From Acidimicrobiia bacterium (GTDB lineage: Bacteria > Actinomycetota > Acidimicrobiia > Spongiisociales > Spongiisociaceae): a stretch of DNA of 64,000 nt. Where the stretch lies: assembly GCA_009841075.1 (NCBI GenBank), contig VXMP01000022.1:10782-74781 (forward strand), given 5' to 3'. Positions 1 through 9,230 of the stretch are shown here, piece after piece. The notes under the pieces are model-generated. The model worked only from the letters and a program-made list of their open reading frames with translations. It made no database searches and was not told where the DNA came from. How positions within the stretch are numbered: position 1 is the stretch's first letter; every line of letters begins with the position of its first letter. A program made the translations under genes and the position numbers.

Positions 1-128
1 GGGAACCCGCTGCGTATAGGCGATCAGGTCGATCATGGTGGATCCCACGACTACCACGGTCGGTTGATGGTCTTGATCGGTTGCTATAACTACCTCCCCT
101 TCACCCCTCTAGCTTAAATACGCCGACG

Positions 129-1196
129 GTGACCGACTGTCCCGCCCATATAATTGACCGGGATATGTCAACCTCCTCCGCCCGCCCCAAAACCAAGCTT
201 TGGCTGGATGTTGACACCGGCATCGACGACTCCTTTGCTCTGCTGTATGCGGCCGCTTCCCCCGAGGCCGAGCTGATCGGGGTCAGTTGTGTGGCCGGAA
301 ATGTGCCGGTTGAAGAAGTAACCGTCAACACCGCCGCCGTACTGGACCTGGCCGGTTTGAACCGGGTGGAGGTAGCCCGGGGTGCGGATCGACCGATTGA
401 ACGGCCCCTGGTCACCACCCCCGAAACCCATGGGCCGTCCGGCACCGGCTACAGCATCCTTAAGGCCCCGCCCGGACGGATTTCGGAGCGAGACGGGGTT
501 GATCTGATCGTGGAGAAGGTTCGGAACCATCCCGGCGAGTTGACCCTGGTGGCGGTGGGACCGTTAACCAACATCGCCCTAGCCCTAGATCAGGAACCTG
601 ACCTGCTGGAAATGCTGGGGCGTTTGGTAATCATGGGAGGTTGCTTCACCGTGACCGGCAACACCGCACCCCGGGCGGAGTGGAACATACATGTTGATCC
701 CGAAGCGGCCCGAAAGGTAATGGCCGCCGCCGGTAAAGGCACCCGTAACCTGCCGCTGTTCGTGCCGCTCGACGTCACCGAACAGGTCCTGCTCCGGCCC
801 GATCATGTCGCCCGGATCGCCGAATCGGCCGGCCGACCTCTGCGCTCGGCTCAGCCCTTGCACGCCGACGAAGGCAACCCCTTGCTGGATTTCATGGCGG
901 ACGCCCTCCGCTTCTACATGGAGTTCCACTTCGGATACGACGGCATCTACGGTGCCTTCATGCATGATCCGTTTGCCGTGGCCGCCGCCTTGGATCCGAC
1001 TCTGGTCGAAACGGTAGAGACCACGGTGGACGTAGAAACCAAGGGGGAGCTGACCACGGCCGAAACCGTGGCCGATCTACGCAACGCCTGGGGTCGCCCA
1101 CCCAACGCCGCCATCGCCCTTCAGGGACGCACCGACCTTTTTCTCGACCGGTTCGTCACCAGGCTGGGGGCTTTGGCGAGGGCGGATCTCCTTTAG
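129..1196 (+). CDS. nucleoside hydrolase (inosine/uridine-preferring IUNH family)
   Basis: 355-aa ORF with the N-terminal Asp cluster LWLDVDTGIDDSFAL (DxDxxxDD). The true start may be the ATG near 165. Confidence 0.85.
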   Translation: MTDCPAHIIDRDMSTSSARPKTKLWLDVDTGIDDSFALLYAAASPEAELIGVSCVAGNVPVEEVTVNTAAVLDLAGLNRVEVARGADRPIERPLVTTPETHGPSGTGYSILKAPPGRISERDGVDLIVEKVRNHPGELTLVAVGPLTNIALALDQEPDLLEMLGRLVIMGGCFTVTGNTAPRAEWNIHVDPEAARKVMAAAGKGTRNLPLFVPLDVTEQVLLRPDHVARIAESAGRPLRSAQPLHADEGNPLLDFMADALRFYMEFHFGYDGIYGAFMHDPFAVAAALDPTLVETVETTVDVETKGELTTAETVADLRNAWGRPPNAAIALQGRTDLFLDRFVTRLGALARADLL

Positions 1197-2008
1197 GGTA
1201 TTTCGGCGGCCGGATAGGTACCCAACACCTGTAGGGCCGCCAGGGTGGCCGGACGGGGCTCCAACACCTCTCTGACCCCCTCCGGGCCGGGAGGATGGAT
1301 CATGTCGGCGTAGAAACGATACTTCCAGGCCTGGTCGGCAGGTCTTGATTGGAGATGGGTGAGGTTGGCCCCCCTTAAGCCCAGCTCGGTCAGGGCCAGG
1401 GCCAACGCCCCCGGTGAGTGGGCGGTTTCGAAGACCATCGAGGTCTTGTTGGCGTTTTCGGCGATCCGGCCACCGTTCGGGGCCAGCACTACAAACCGGG
1501 TGGTGTTGTGGTCCCTATCCAGGAAATCCTTGATCAGAACCTTTGCTCCGTGGAGTGTGGCGGTGTGTTGGGGAGCAAGGGCCGCCACCGAGGGGTCGCC
1601 TTGTTCGACCACTACCCGCACCGCCCCGGCCGTGTCGTGGGTGGGAATCGTTTCCCAACCGGCCTTTTCGATTCGGTCATCCGCCTGGGCCAGCGCCTGA
1701 GGGTGGGACCTCACCTTCCTGATCCCTTCGATGGTCGCCTCGGCCAGGCCTACCAGGGCGTGGCGAACCTGAACCAGATGCTCACCGGTGATCGAAACCG
1801 GAAACCGAGCCAGGCGATCCAGTACCGGCAGCACGCTTCCGATCGTGGAGTTTTCGATGGGGACCACCAACCGATCCACCTCCTGGTTGGCCAGCGCCTG
1901 AAAAGCACCCGCAAAGCTCCCGAAGCCCACCCGTTCCGCCTCCGGAAATAGATGGATGGTCGCCTGGTCCGAATATGAAAGACCTTCGCCCTGATAACCG
2001 ACTCTCAT
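1193..2008 (-). CDS. pheA: prephenate dehydratase
   Basis: PDT domain (VPIENSTIGSV, NTTRFVVL) followed by a C-terminal ACT-like segment (SPGALALALTELGLRGANLTHLQSRP). Confidence 0.9.
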   Translation of the reverse strand: MRVGYQGEGLSYSDQATIHLFPEAERVGFGSFAGAFQALANQEVDRLVVPIENSTIGSVLPVLDRLARFPVSITGEHLVQVRHALVGLAEATIEGIRKVRSHPQALAQADDRIEKAGWETIPTHDTAGAVRVVVEQGDPSVAALAPQHTATLHGAKVLIKDFLDRDHNTTRFVVLAPNGGRIAENANKTSMVFETAHSPGALALALTELGLRGANLTHLQSRPADQAWKYRFYADMIHPPGPEGVREVLEPRPATLAALQVLGTYPAAEIP

Positions 2009-2095
2009 AAACCCAACAGGCTACCTGGAATTGACCTCTCCACAACACATACTCGGAATCCGGGCCCTTTGTTCTCCTCAAGTCAGAGCCCTTTA

Positions 2096-2142
2096 GTAAA
2101 GTAAATACCGAATCGCTTTACTTATTTCCCGGAGTGGTAAAG
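2096..2142. promoter_or_regulatory. operator-like triple GTAAAG motif upstream of the Fic gene
   Basis: GTAAAG (2096), CTTTAC (2116) and GTAAAG (2137) spaced about 20 bp apart in a locally AT-richer stretch 36-80 nt upstream of the Fic start. Confidence 0.3.
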
Positions 2143-2177
2143 CGGGCTTTCCTAAAACGACCCTGAAGGGGGATGGT

Positions 2178-3350
2178 GTGAGGCCGGAGTCATTCCAATC
2201 CACAGAGCGCGGAAAGGTTCGCCGGACTTTGGAGGGTTATCGGGCTTTCTATCCCGAACCCATCCCCCGGCATCTGGATATGGACGCCGAGACGGTGGTT
2301 CTGCTGGATGAGGCCACCGCCGCCCTTAACCGACTCGGCGGGATAGGGTTGCACCTTCCCAACCCCCACCTGCTCATCGGTACTTACCTACGGCTGGAAG
2401 CGGTACTCAGCTCCAGAATCGAAGGAACCAGTACTGAGATTCCGGAGCTGCTGCGCCACGAGACCGGTCAACCACTCGCTCCCGCGCAATTATCAGACGC
2501 TCGGGAGGTGGCCAATTACATTGTCTCCCTGGAGCACGGGATCAAGAGGGTCCGAAACGGGTTCCCGATCTCGATCCGACTGATGCGTGAGATGCACGAA
2601 CGTCTTCTGTCGGGAGTCCGTGGACGTTATCGGGATCCGGGGGAACTGCGCAGGAGTCCGGTATGGATCGGAGGTTCTTCTCTCCGGGACGCCGTCTTCG
2701 TGCCTCCCCCACCAGAGGCGATGAACCCCGCCCTCGACGACCTGGAGCTCTTCCTGCACGAGAGGTCGATGCCTTTGCTGACCTGGCTGGCGCTTATGCA
2801 CTACCAGTTCGAGGTCATCCACCCTTTCTTGGACGGGAACGGTCGACTGGGTCGAATGCTTATCCCACTGCTTCTCGTGGAACGCCGGGTTCTGCCCGAG
2901 CCCTTGCTCTATATGTCGGCCTATTTTGAGCAAAACCGCAGCAAATACTACGACCTGCTACTTCGAACCAGCCAACAGGGTGACCTGATGCCTTGGATTC
3001 GGTTCTTCTTGGTGGGGGTGCGCCATCAGGCCCAGGATGCCGAACGGCGCACCCATCGACTCGTCTCCCTCCAAGCCCGCCTGCGCGATCGGTTACTCAC
3101 CGAAGGTAGTACCGGCTCGGTTCTTCGCCTGGCAGATTATCTCTTCTCCCGGCCAATGGTCACCGCCTCTATGGTGGCGAAGGGCCTTCAGGTATCCGTA
3201 CCAACCGCCAACGCCGCCCTAGGCTCTCTGGTCGAAAGGGGCGATCTTGAGGAGATAAGCGGCAAGCAACGCCATCGGCTCTACCAGGCCAATGAGATAT
3301 TAGAAGCCGCCTATGGGCCGGTAGAACCCGAAGAACCGGACGGGCGCTAA
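2178..3350 (+). CDS. Fic family protein (class II, probable AMPylase) with C-terminal winged-helix-like tail
   Basis: Canonical Fic motif HPFLDGNGRLGR. N-terminal inhibitory-helix motif SSRIEG (S/TxxxEG/N). GTG start preceded by GAAGGGGGA. Confidence 0.9.
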   Translation: MRPESFQSTERGKVRRTLEGYRAFYPEPIPRHLDMDAETVVLLDEATAALNRLGGIGLHLPNPHLLIGTYLRLEAVLSSRIEGTSTEIPELLRHETGQPLAPAQLSDAREVANYIVSLEHGIKRVRNGFPISIRLMREMHERLLSGVRGRYRDPGELRRSPVWIGGSSLRDAVFVPPPPEAMNPALDDLELFLHERSMPLLTWLALMHYQFEVIHPFLDGNGRLGRMLIPLLLVERRVLPEPLLYMSAYFEQNRSKYYDLLLRTSQQGDLMPWIRFFLVGVRHQAQDAERRTHRLVSLQARLRDRLLTEGSTGSVLRLADYLFSRPMVTASMVAKGLQVSVPTANAALGSLVERGDLEEISGKQRHRLYQANEILEAAYGPVEPEEPDGR

Positions 3351-3639
3351 ACGACCCGACCAAAGGTAATCCTCGCCACCCCCTTTACCTTGCTTGGTGG
3401 CTCTGATGGGCGAGTTATCGGAGCTGGTTGCTCGCTGCGGAAGGGGTAGGGCTTTTTCCCCTTGTCAGTTAGATGACCTGGGAGTGTTGCCACCCGCCCC
3501 CGCCGAACTCGCCCCACCGGTCGAAAACACTCGGCCCAACTGCGCACTACTTGGTCCCAACCGGCGCATTTCTCGACACCGTATTACTTTGAGCCCCGCT
3601 CCCAAATGGCGCACGACTTGAGCCCCGCGCCTTCCTCGG

Positions 3640-3880
3640 GCCGCATTACAGAGAACGCGAAAATCGCGGAAAACGGGCTTCGCCCGTTGGGCCCGCCCCC
3701 ACCTCCACCTCCGCCGGTCGGGACGCGTGCCTCTAAGCCCTTACGGGTGGCGTCCCGAGAAATGACCAACAGCCGGGCGACGTCCATTACCAGTGGCTGT
3801 ATTGGTGTTTGGTAGATGTCAACGTATAACAAGCCTGAGACAAAAAGCGGTGGTCCGGACCAGAACGCGAAAAAACCTCG
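3640..3880 (+). repeat. divergent member of the structured intergenic repeat family (see 32190 and 47405)
   Basis: AGAACGCGAAAA occurs twice (about 3651 and 3862). A hairpin ACGGGC-ttc-GCCCGT, a CCCGCCCCCACCTCC tract and an 8-bp stem CGGGACGC(3719)/GCGTCCCG(3750) are present. The architecture matches the other copies. Confidence 0.4.
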
Positions 3881-3928
3881 GATTGAAAGGGGATTTGAGA
3901 AGGGATCATCCCCCTATTCGGTTCTGAT

Positions 3929-6082
3929 TTAAGAAGGTTCCTGGTCCAAAACCGAGTCGGCCAGGATCATGGAGATGTCTCGAACGGCCACCGCATCCTC
4001 CTGGCCAAGTTCCCGCACCCCGTCGTCCAGCATGATGTAGCAGAAGGGGCAGGCAACCGCCACCTCGTCGGCACCGGTTTCCACCGCCTCCTCGGCCCGA
4101 TCGATGCTTACCTTCTTGCCCACCCGTTCTTCCATCCACATCTGGGCACCTCCGGCACCGCAGCAGAACGAACGGGTACCGGAACGGCCCATTTCGACCA
4201 CGTTGATCCCTCCTATAGACGCCACCACCCCTCTGGGTGCCATATACACGCCGTTATACCGTCCCAGGTAGCAGGAATCGTGGTAGGTGACGGTCTTGGA
4301 CTGCCCGTTCTTGGGCTGGAGCAAACCCATCTCCACCAGCTCCGACAGCAGCTGGCTGTGGTGGATCACCTCGTAGTTCCCTCCGAATTGAGGGTATTCG
4401 TTCCGCAAGGTGTTGAAGCAGTGAGGACACTGGGTGATGACCTTCTTAACCCCGCGATCCTCCAGGGTTTCGATGTTTTGGATAGCCAGCATCTGGAAGA
4501 CGAACTCGTTGCCCGACCGCCGGGCCGGATCGCCGGTACACAGCTCGGCCGGTCCGAGAATGGCGAAGCTGACACCCGCTTCGTTAAGCAGGCGGGCGGT
4601 CGCCACCGTAACCTTCTGGTTGCGGTCATCGAAAGAACCGGCGCATCCCACCCAGTACAGATATTCGGCCGACTCGACATCCTGTCCGAGGATCGGGACA
4701 TCGAAATCCAGCTTGTCGGTCCAGCTGCTCCGTTCCGCCTGGGCCATGCCGTAGGGGTTGGAAGAGTTCTCCATCGACAGAAAGGCCTTACCCAGCTCGG
4801 AGGGGAAATCGGCTTCCATCAAGGCCAGATAGCGGCGCATGTCCAGGATCTTGTCCAGGATTTCGATATCGACCGGGCAGATCTCGTCGCAGGCCTTGCA
4901 GGAGGTGCAGGCCCACAGCTCTTCGGGCGTTATCCGCTCGAACACGTTCTCTGCCGACACGGTGATGGCCTGGTCGACCGAGACCGGAGGGGTGACGGCG
5001 GGGTCGGCTGTCCGAGCGGCCACCTCGCCGAGCTTGAGGACTATTTCGCGTGGATCAAGCGGCTTGCCGGTGGCGTTGGCCGGACAAACCGAGGTGCATC
5101 TCCCGCAGACGGTGCAGGCGTCGGTGTCGAGGAGTTGTTTCCAGGTGAACTCCCCCACCAGGGATGCGCCCACCGTTTCGATGTCTTCTACCTCCATCAG
5201 GTTGGGCATTTCCCGCATCGCCCCGGGCGGACGCTCTCTCGGACCGAGGAACATATTGACCGGCGAGGTCACCATATGACGAAGTTTGGTGGTGGGGAGA
5301 ACAACCAGAAACGCCAGGAAGGAAACCACGTGCAAAACCCAGATAATCTGGTGGATTCCGGCCGCCGACGAGTCGGGAACCAGCTGCGAGAGCGGATAGC
5401 CCACAAACGACCAAACCTCGTGGGCGGGACGGTTCTCCACCGCTATCCGAGCCGCTTCGGTCGCCAGACCGGTGATCCCGATCAAGGCGAGGGTGACCAG
5501 AATCCAAAAGTCTTCCGGACGGGTCTTGGTGCGCAACCGTTCCGGTGCCTGACCGTATCGCCGGACAAAAGCCCAGGCCAGACCGCCCAGAAAGACCAGC
5601 GCCGCCGCGTCGAGCACGAAAGAGTATCCCCGGTAGAAGTCGTCCCGCAGGAACTTGTAATCGGCCGGGAGCAGATGGTCGATCTCCAGGGTCACCGTCC
5701 CCAGAAACAGGATCAGGAATCCGTAATACACCATGGAATGCATCAGGCCCGCACCACGGTCACGCATGAGGGTTTGCATACGCAGGCCGGCCCCCATAGC
5801 CATTACCCGTTCCTTCCAGAGTCCGGTGCGCCGGTCGGGTTGTCCCCGCTGCCAGTTTTTGGCTCGCAGCGAAAACAGGTAGAAGGTGAGGAACAGGAAA
5901 CCCGCCACCGATATATAGAACATGGCCACCAGCGGGGTGGGTATGTTCCCGAAGACCTCCCGGGTGATCGGACTATCGGTATGGCCGGGGAACTGACCGA
6001 CAAACCAGCTCGCCAGGGTTCCGGCGGCCACCAACACCCCGAGAACTATTAAAACCTCGGCGGCTGAGAATCTACGGCGCAC
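3929..6082 (-). CDS. membrane-anchored (Fe-S)-binding oxidoreductase, HdrD/GlpC-like with an N-terminal polytopic domain
   Basis: Hydrophobic N-terminal third. Two 4Fe-4S motifs (CTVCGRCTSVCP, CTSCKACDEICP). Cys-rich CCG-type repeats (CPHCFN, CCGAGG). Resembles actinobacterial Rv0338c-type proteins. Confidence 0.85.
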   Translation of the reverse strand: MRRRFSAAEVLIVLGVLVAAGTLASWFVGQFPGHTDSPITREVFGNIPTPLVAMFYISVAGFLFLTFYLFSLRAKNWQRGQPDRRTGLWKERVMAMGAGLRMQTLMRDRGAGLMHSMVYYGFLILFLGTVTLEIDHLLPADYKFLRDDFYRGYSFVLDAAALVFLGGLAWAFVRRYGQAPERLRTKTRPEDFWILVTLALIGITGLATEAARIAVENRPAHEVWSFVGYPLSQLVPDSSAAGIHQIIWVLHVVSFLAFLVVLPTTKLRHMVTSPVNMFLGPRERPPGAMREMPNLMEVEDIETVGASLVGEFTWKQLLDTDACTVCGRCTSVCPANATGKPLDPREIVLKLGEVAARTADPAVTPPVSVDQAITVSAENVFERITPEELWACTSCKACDEICPVDIEILDKILDMRRYLALMEADFPSELGKAFLSMENSSNPYGMAQAERSSWTDKLDFDVPILGQDVESAEYLYWVGCAGSFDDRNQKVTVATARLLNEAGVSFAILGPAELCTGDPARRSGNEFVFQMLAIQNIETLEDRGVKKVITQCPHCFNTLRNEYPQFGGNYEVIHHSQLLSELVEMGLLQPKNGQSKTVTYHDSCYLGRYNGVYMAPRGVVASIGGINVVEMGRSGTRSFCCGAGGAQMWMEERVGKKVSIDRAEEAVETGADEVAVACPFCYIMLDDGVRELGQEDAVAVRDISMILADSVLDQEPS

Positions 6083-6101
6083 CCTCTGAGTTTAGGCGGC
6101 C

Positions 6102-6920
6102 TTACGGTTGGGCCGCGATCTTCCCCAGTTCCTTGGATCGTTCGGTGGCGGCCTCTACGGCTTGGCGAACCAGCTCCCAAAAGCCATCTCGTCCCATAAC
6201 CTCCAGGGCCGCCGCCGTGGTGCCGCCGGGGGAGGCCACCCGCTCCCGAAGTACGGTCGGGCTATCCGGCGAGGTTTCCATCATGGTCCCCGCCCCTTTA
6301 ATGGTCCGTGCCACCAGCCGCAACGCCACCTCGGGTTCCAGCCCTTGCTTCACCCCCTCGGCGATCATGGCCTCCGCCAACGCATAGGCATAGGCGGGGC
6401 CGCTGCCCGACACCGCCGTAACCGCATCCATCAAGGACTCCTCAACCTCTTCCACCAATCCAACCGCCTCCAGAACCGCCCTGGCCAAAGCCATATGTCC
6501 ACTCTCGGCGGTGCTTCCGGGTGCGCAGACAGTAACGCCCTCACCTACCAGGGCGGGAGTGTTGGGCATGGCCCGAATAATCGGCACCTCCCCCAGAGCC
6601 CGCTCGTAAACGCTGATCGGCACCCCGGCCACCAAAGCCACCAGCACCTGGTCAGCGGTCATAACCTCGGACAGCTGGGCCAGGGCCGGATGGATGTCCT
6701 GGGGTTTGACGGCCAAAACCACGATTTCCTGGCCTTCGATCCCCTCGGCGGGGGTTAGAACCGTCCGGCAACCGGAGGTTTCGGCCAGCTCCTCGGCTCT
6801 GGGTGGATGGGATTCGATCAGGGTGAGATCCGCTTGCTCCCAACCGGCTTCCAGAAGACCGGAGAACAGGGCACCACCCATAGCGCCCACCCCGACGATG
6901 GCTATAGAGGACCTGTCCAT
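6102..6920 (-). CDS. proC: pyrroline-5-carboxylate reductase
   Basis: Rossmann start IAIVGVGAMGGAL and the conserved C-terminal SPGGTTAAALEVM. Confidence 0.9.
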   Translation of the reverse strand: MDRSSIAIVGVGAMGGALFSGLLEAGWEQADLTLIESHPPRAEELAETSGCRTVLTPAEGIEGQEIVVLAVKPQDIHPALAQLSEVMTADQVLVALVAGVPISVYERALGEVPIIRAMPNTPALVGEGVTVCAPGSTAESGHMALARAVLEAVGLVEEVEESLMDAVTAVSGSGPAYAYALAEAMIAEGVKQGLEPEVALRLVARTIKGAGTMMETSPDSPTVLRERVASPGGTTAAALEVMGRDGFWELVRQAVEAATERSKELGKIAAQP

Positions 6921-6929
6921 ATATCGGGA

Positions 6930-7607
6930 TTATACGGGGTGACCTTCCAGAACCTCGCGGATAAGGGCGACCAGGGTTCCCACCGCCCGATGGTTGAATC
7001 CCCTGGGGATAATCATGTCGGCATGACGCTTGGAGGGCTCCACGAACCGTCTATGCATAGGCCTTACCGTGGCGTGATACTGGGCCACGATCGAATCGAA
7101 GGATCTGCCCCGCTCCGCCATGTCCCTTTCCATCCGCCTTATCACCCGCAGGTCGGCATCCGTGTCCACGAACACCTTCAGGTCCAGCATCTCCCGCAGC
7201 TCCGGCTCGACCAGCAACAGGATCCCTTCGATCAGGATCACCGGACCGGAAGGTATGGGAACGGTCTCGGCTCTTCGGAGATGTCTGGTGAAGTCGTAGA
7301 TCGGCTGTTCTACCGGCTTGCCTTCCCGCAGATCCTCCAGATGGGCCAGCAGCAGCTCGGTCTCCAAGGAGTCGGGATGGTCGTAGTTGACCCGGGTTCG
7401 TTCCTGGTAGGAGAGGTCGGGTCGATGGTGGTAATAGGCGTCATGGGACATCAAAGAAACTTTTTCGGTGCCCACCTGGTCGACTATCGAGCGACAGATG
7501 GTGCTCTTGCCCGACCCCGAACCTCCGGCCACGCCCACCACGAACGGGGTGCCCTCCGGCCAAATACGGTCGATATCTGTAGCCGATAGATCACCGGAAC
7601 TGCTCAA
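6930..7607 (-). CDS. udk: uridine kinase
   Basis: P-loop VGVAGGSGSGKST and udk-like length and layout (DHPDSLE, ERGRS). Confidence 0.9.
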   Translation of the reverse strand: MSSSGDLSATDIDRIWPEGTPFVVGVAGGSGSGKSTICRSIVDQVGTEKVSLMSHDAYYHHRPDLSYQERTRVNYDHPDSLETELLLAHLEDLREGKPVEQPIYDFTRHLRRAETVPIPSGPVILIEGILLLVEPELREMLDLKVFVDTDADLRVIRRMERDMAERGRSFDSIVAQYHATVRPMHRRFVEPSKRHADMIIPRGFNHRAVGTLVALIREVLEGHPV

Positions 7608-7620
7608 AGCCGCCTCCCGA

Positions 7621-8199
7621 TCAATCCTTCTTTTCGGCTTTCATCCGGGCCTTGGCCATACGGAGCGACTCGATCTGATCGAACTCGGCTATGTCGGCGA
7701 TAGAGGGCCAGTCGGCCGCCACCTTCTCCCATCCGACCGGGCCTTCCCCCAGACGTTTGCCGACTATCCCCACAAAAATACGCGCCTTGGCGTCGCCGTA
7801 TCCGGGCAATCCCTTCAGCCTCTTCAGCAGCTCGGGGCCGTCGGTGGCGGTCTCCCAGATCCGGGCCGGATTACCGTCGTAATGTTCCGAAAGGGCCTGA
7901 CAGAGCGCCTGGGTGCGGCGGGCCATGGCGTTGGGGAACCTATGCAGGGCGGGCGGGCCTCGGAAGATATTCTCCAACTCCTCCCCGTCCATTGAGGCGA
8001 TATGTCCCGCCTCCAAAGGTCGGCCCAGCCTTTCTTCTAGCAGATACGGGGAGTGAAAGGCGACCTCCATCCTCACCTGCTGATCCAGCAACATTCCGAT
8101 CATTAGGGCCAGCGGGCTCTCGGCCAGCAGGCGGTTGGCCTCCTCCGAACCGGTCCAGGGAAGGGTATTTGGCATTTCGCTTTCTCCTTTCTTATCCAT
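7621..8199 (-). CDS. HhH-GPD-type base-excision DNA repair family protein
   Basis: 192-aa ORF. The pattern LALMIGMLLDQQV...GLPGYGDAKARIF resembles the small HhH-GPD family. Confidence 0.65.
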   Translation of the reverse strand: MDKKGESEMPNTLPWTGSEEANRLLAESPLALMIGMLLDQQVRMEVAFHSPYLLEERLGRPLEAGHIASMDGEELENIFRGPPALHRFPNAMARRTQALCQALSEHYDGNPARIWETATDGPELLKRLKGLPGYGDAKARIFVGIVGKRLGEGPVGWEKVAADWPSIADIAEFDQIESLRMAKARMKAEKKD

Positions 8200-8278
8200 C
8201 GGCCCCTCTATTAAACGCTAGCGTTTCGGATAGATTCAAACCCGACTCCAGGAGCGAACCCTCCACCTACCTAAACTG

Positions 8279-9208
8279 ATGCCCGTGTCGTCAATCCTGC
8301 TGAATCCGTACTGGGAACAATCCGAATGGATGGAGATACTTTCCCGGGAACTTCCGGAACTGAGCATCCAACTCTGGCCGAAAATAGAGGACCCGGAGTC
8401 GGTCGAATACGCCGTGTTCTGGATCCATGACACCGACGATCTGCGCACCTATCCGAACCTGCGTGCCATTCTCGCCGTGACCGCCGGAGTGGAACAGTTC
8501 GTGGAGGGAGATTATCCGGACGTCCCGATCGTGAGGATGGCCGACCCGACCATGGCCGGGGAGATGGCGAGCTTTGTCGCCCACTGGGTGGTGCATTTCC
8601 ATCGGGGGTTGGACCGATACCTCGACCAACAAGCCCAAAAGGTTTGGAAAACCATCCGCACCCCTCCCCCCGGCGACTTTCCGGTAGGGGTGCTCGGCTT
8701 CGGTGCCATCGGCAGTCGGGTCGGTAGGACTATGGCCAAAATGGGCTATCCCGTCCACGCCTGGACCAGAACCGGCGGAGCGGAAGCCGAGGTCACCTAC
8801 CATCAGGGGGCATCAGGACTCCAAAACCTGGTGTCGTCTTGCGCGGCGGTCGTCAACGTCCTCCCCAAGACCCCGGACACCACCGGTCTGATCGACTACC
8901 GACTTTTTAGCCGTTTCCGGCCCGATGCGGTGTATATATCAATCGGGCGGGGAGCCACCACCGTCGAAGCCGACCTGGTTGCTGCGCTGGACGACGGCCT
9001 GCTGTCGGCGGCGGTTCTGGACGTAACCACCCAGGAACCCTTACCGGACCATTCTGCACTCTGGAATCATCCTCGGGTGCGCCTCACCCCCCACATCAGC
9101 GGGTTCACCAGGGCCTCCACCGCCGCCCCGCTAGTCGCCGCCAATATCCAGCGCATCCGGCTCGGCGAAAAACCCTTCCCGATCTTCAACCCCCGCCGTA
9201 ACTATTAA
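8279..9208 (+). CDS. D-2-hydroxyacid dehydrogenase (glyoxylate/hydroxypyruvate reductase A-like)
   Basis: NAD-binding VGVLGFGAIGSRVG, catalytic-region RLTPHISG, about 310 aa like GhrA. Confidence 0.85.
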   Translation: MPVSSILLNPYWEQSEWMEILSRELPELSIQLWPKIEDPESVEYAVFWIHDTDDLRTYPNLRAILAVTAGVEQFVEGDYPDVPIVRMADPTMAGEMASFVAHWVVHFHRGLDRYLDQQAQKVWKTIRTPPPGDFPVGVLGFGAIGSRVGRTMAKMGYPVHAWTRTGGAEAEVTYHQGASGLQNLVSSCAAVVNVLPKTPDTTGLIDYRLFSRFRPDAVYISIGRGATTVEADLVAALDDGLLSAAVLDVTTQEPLPDHSALWNHPRVRLTPHISGFTRASTAAPLVAANIQRIRLGEKPFPIFNPRRNY

Positions 9209-9230
9209 CCTCCCGAAGGATGGGGACGGT

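Noticed and set aside
1-128. Possible start of a minus-strand gene (ATG at about 36 reading out of the window)
   Set aside because: Only about 12 codons are visible and there is no clear SD, so it cannot be supported.
3606-3815. 69-aa ORF with a poly-proline run (PPPPPPPP), plus neighbouring small ORFs between Fic and the Fe-S reductase
   Set aside because: The poly-Pro run is the translation of the C-rich tract of the intergenic repeat. There is no SD, and other frames and strands are equally open.
4280-6052. 590-aa ORF antisense to the Fe-S reductase gene
   Set aside because: Same high-GC antisense artefact. The opposite strand carries clear Fe-S and CCG motifs.
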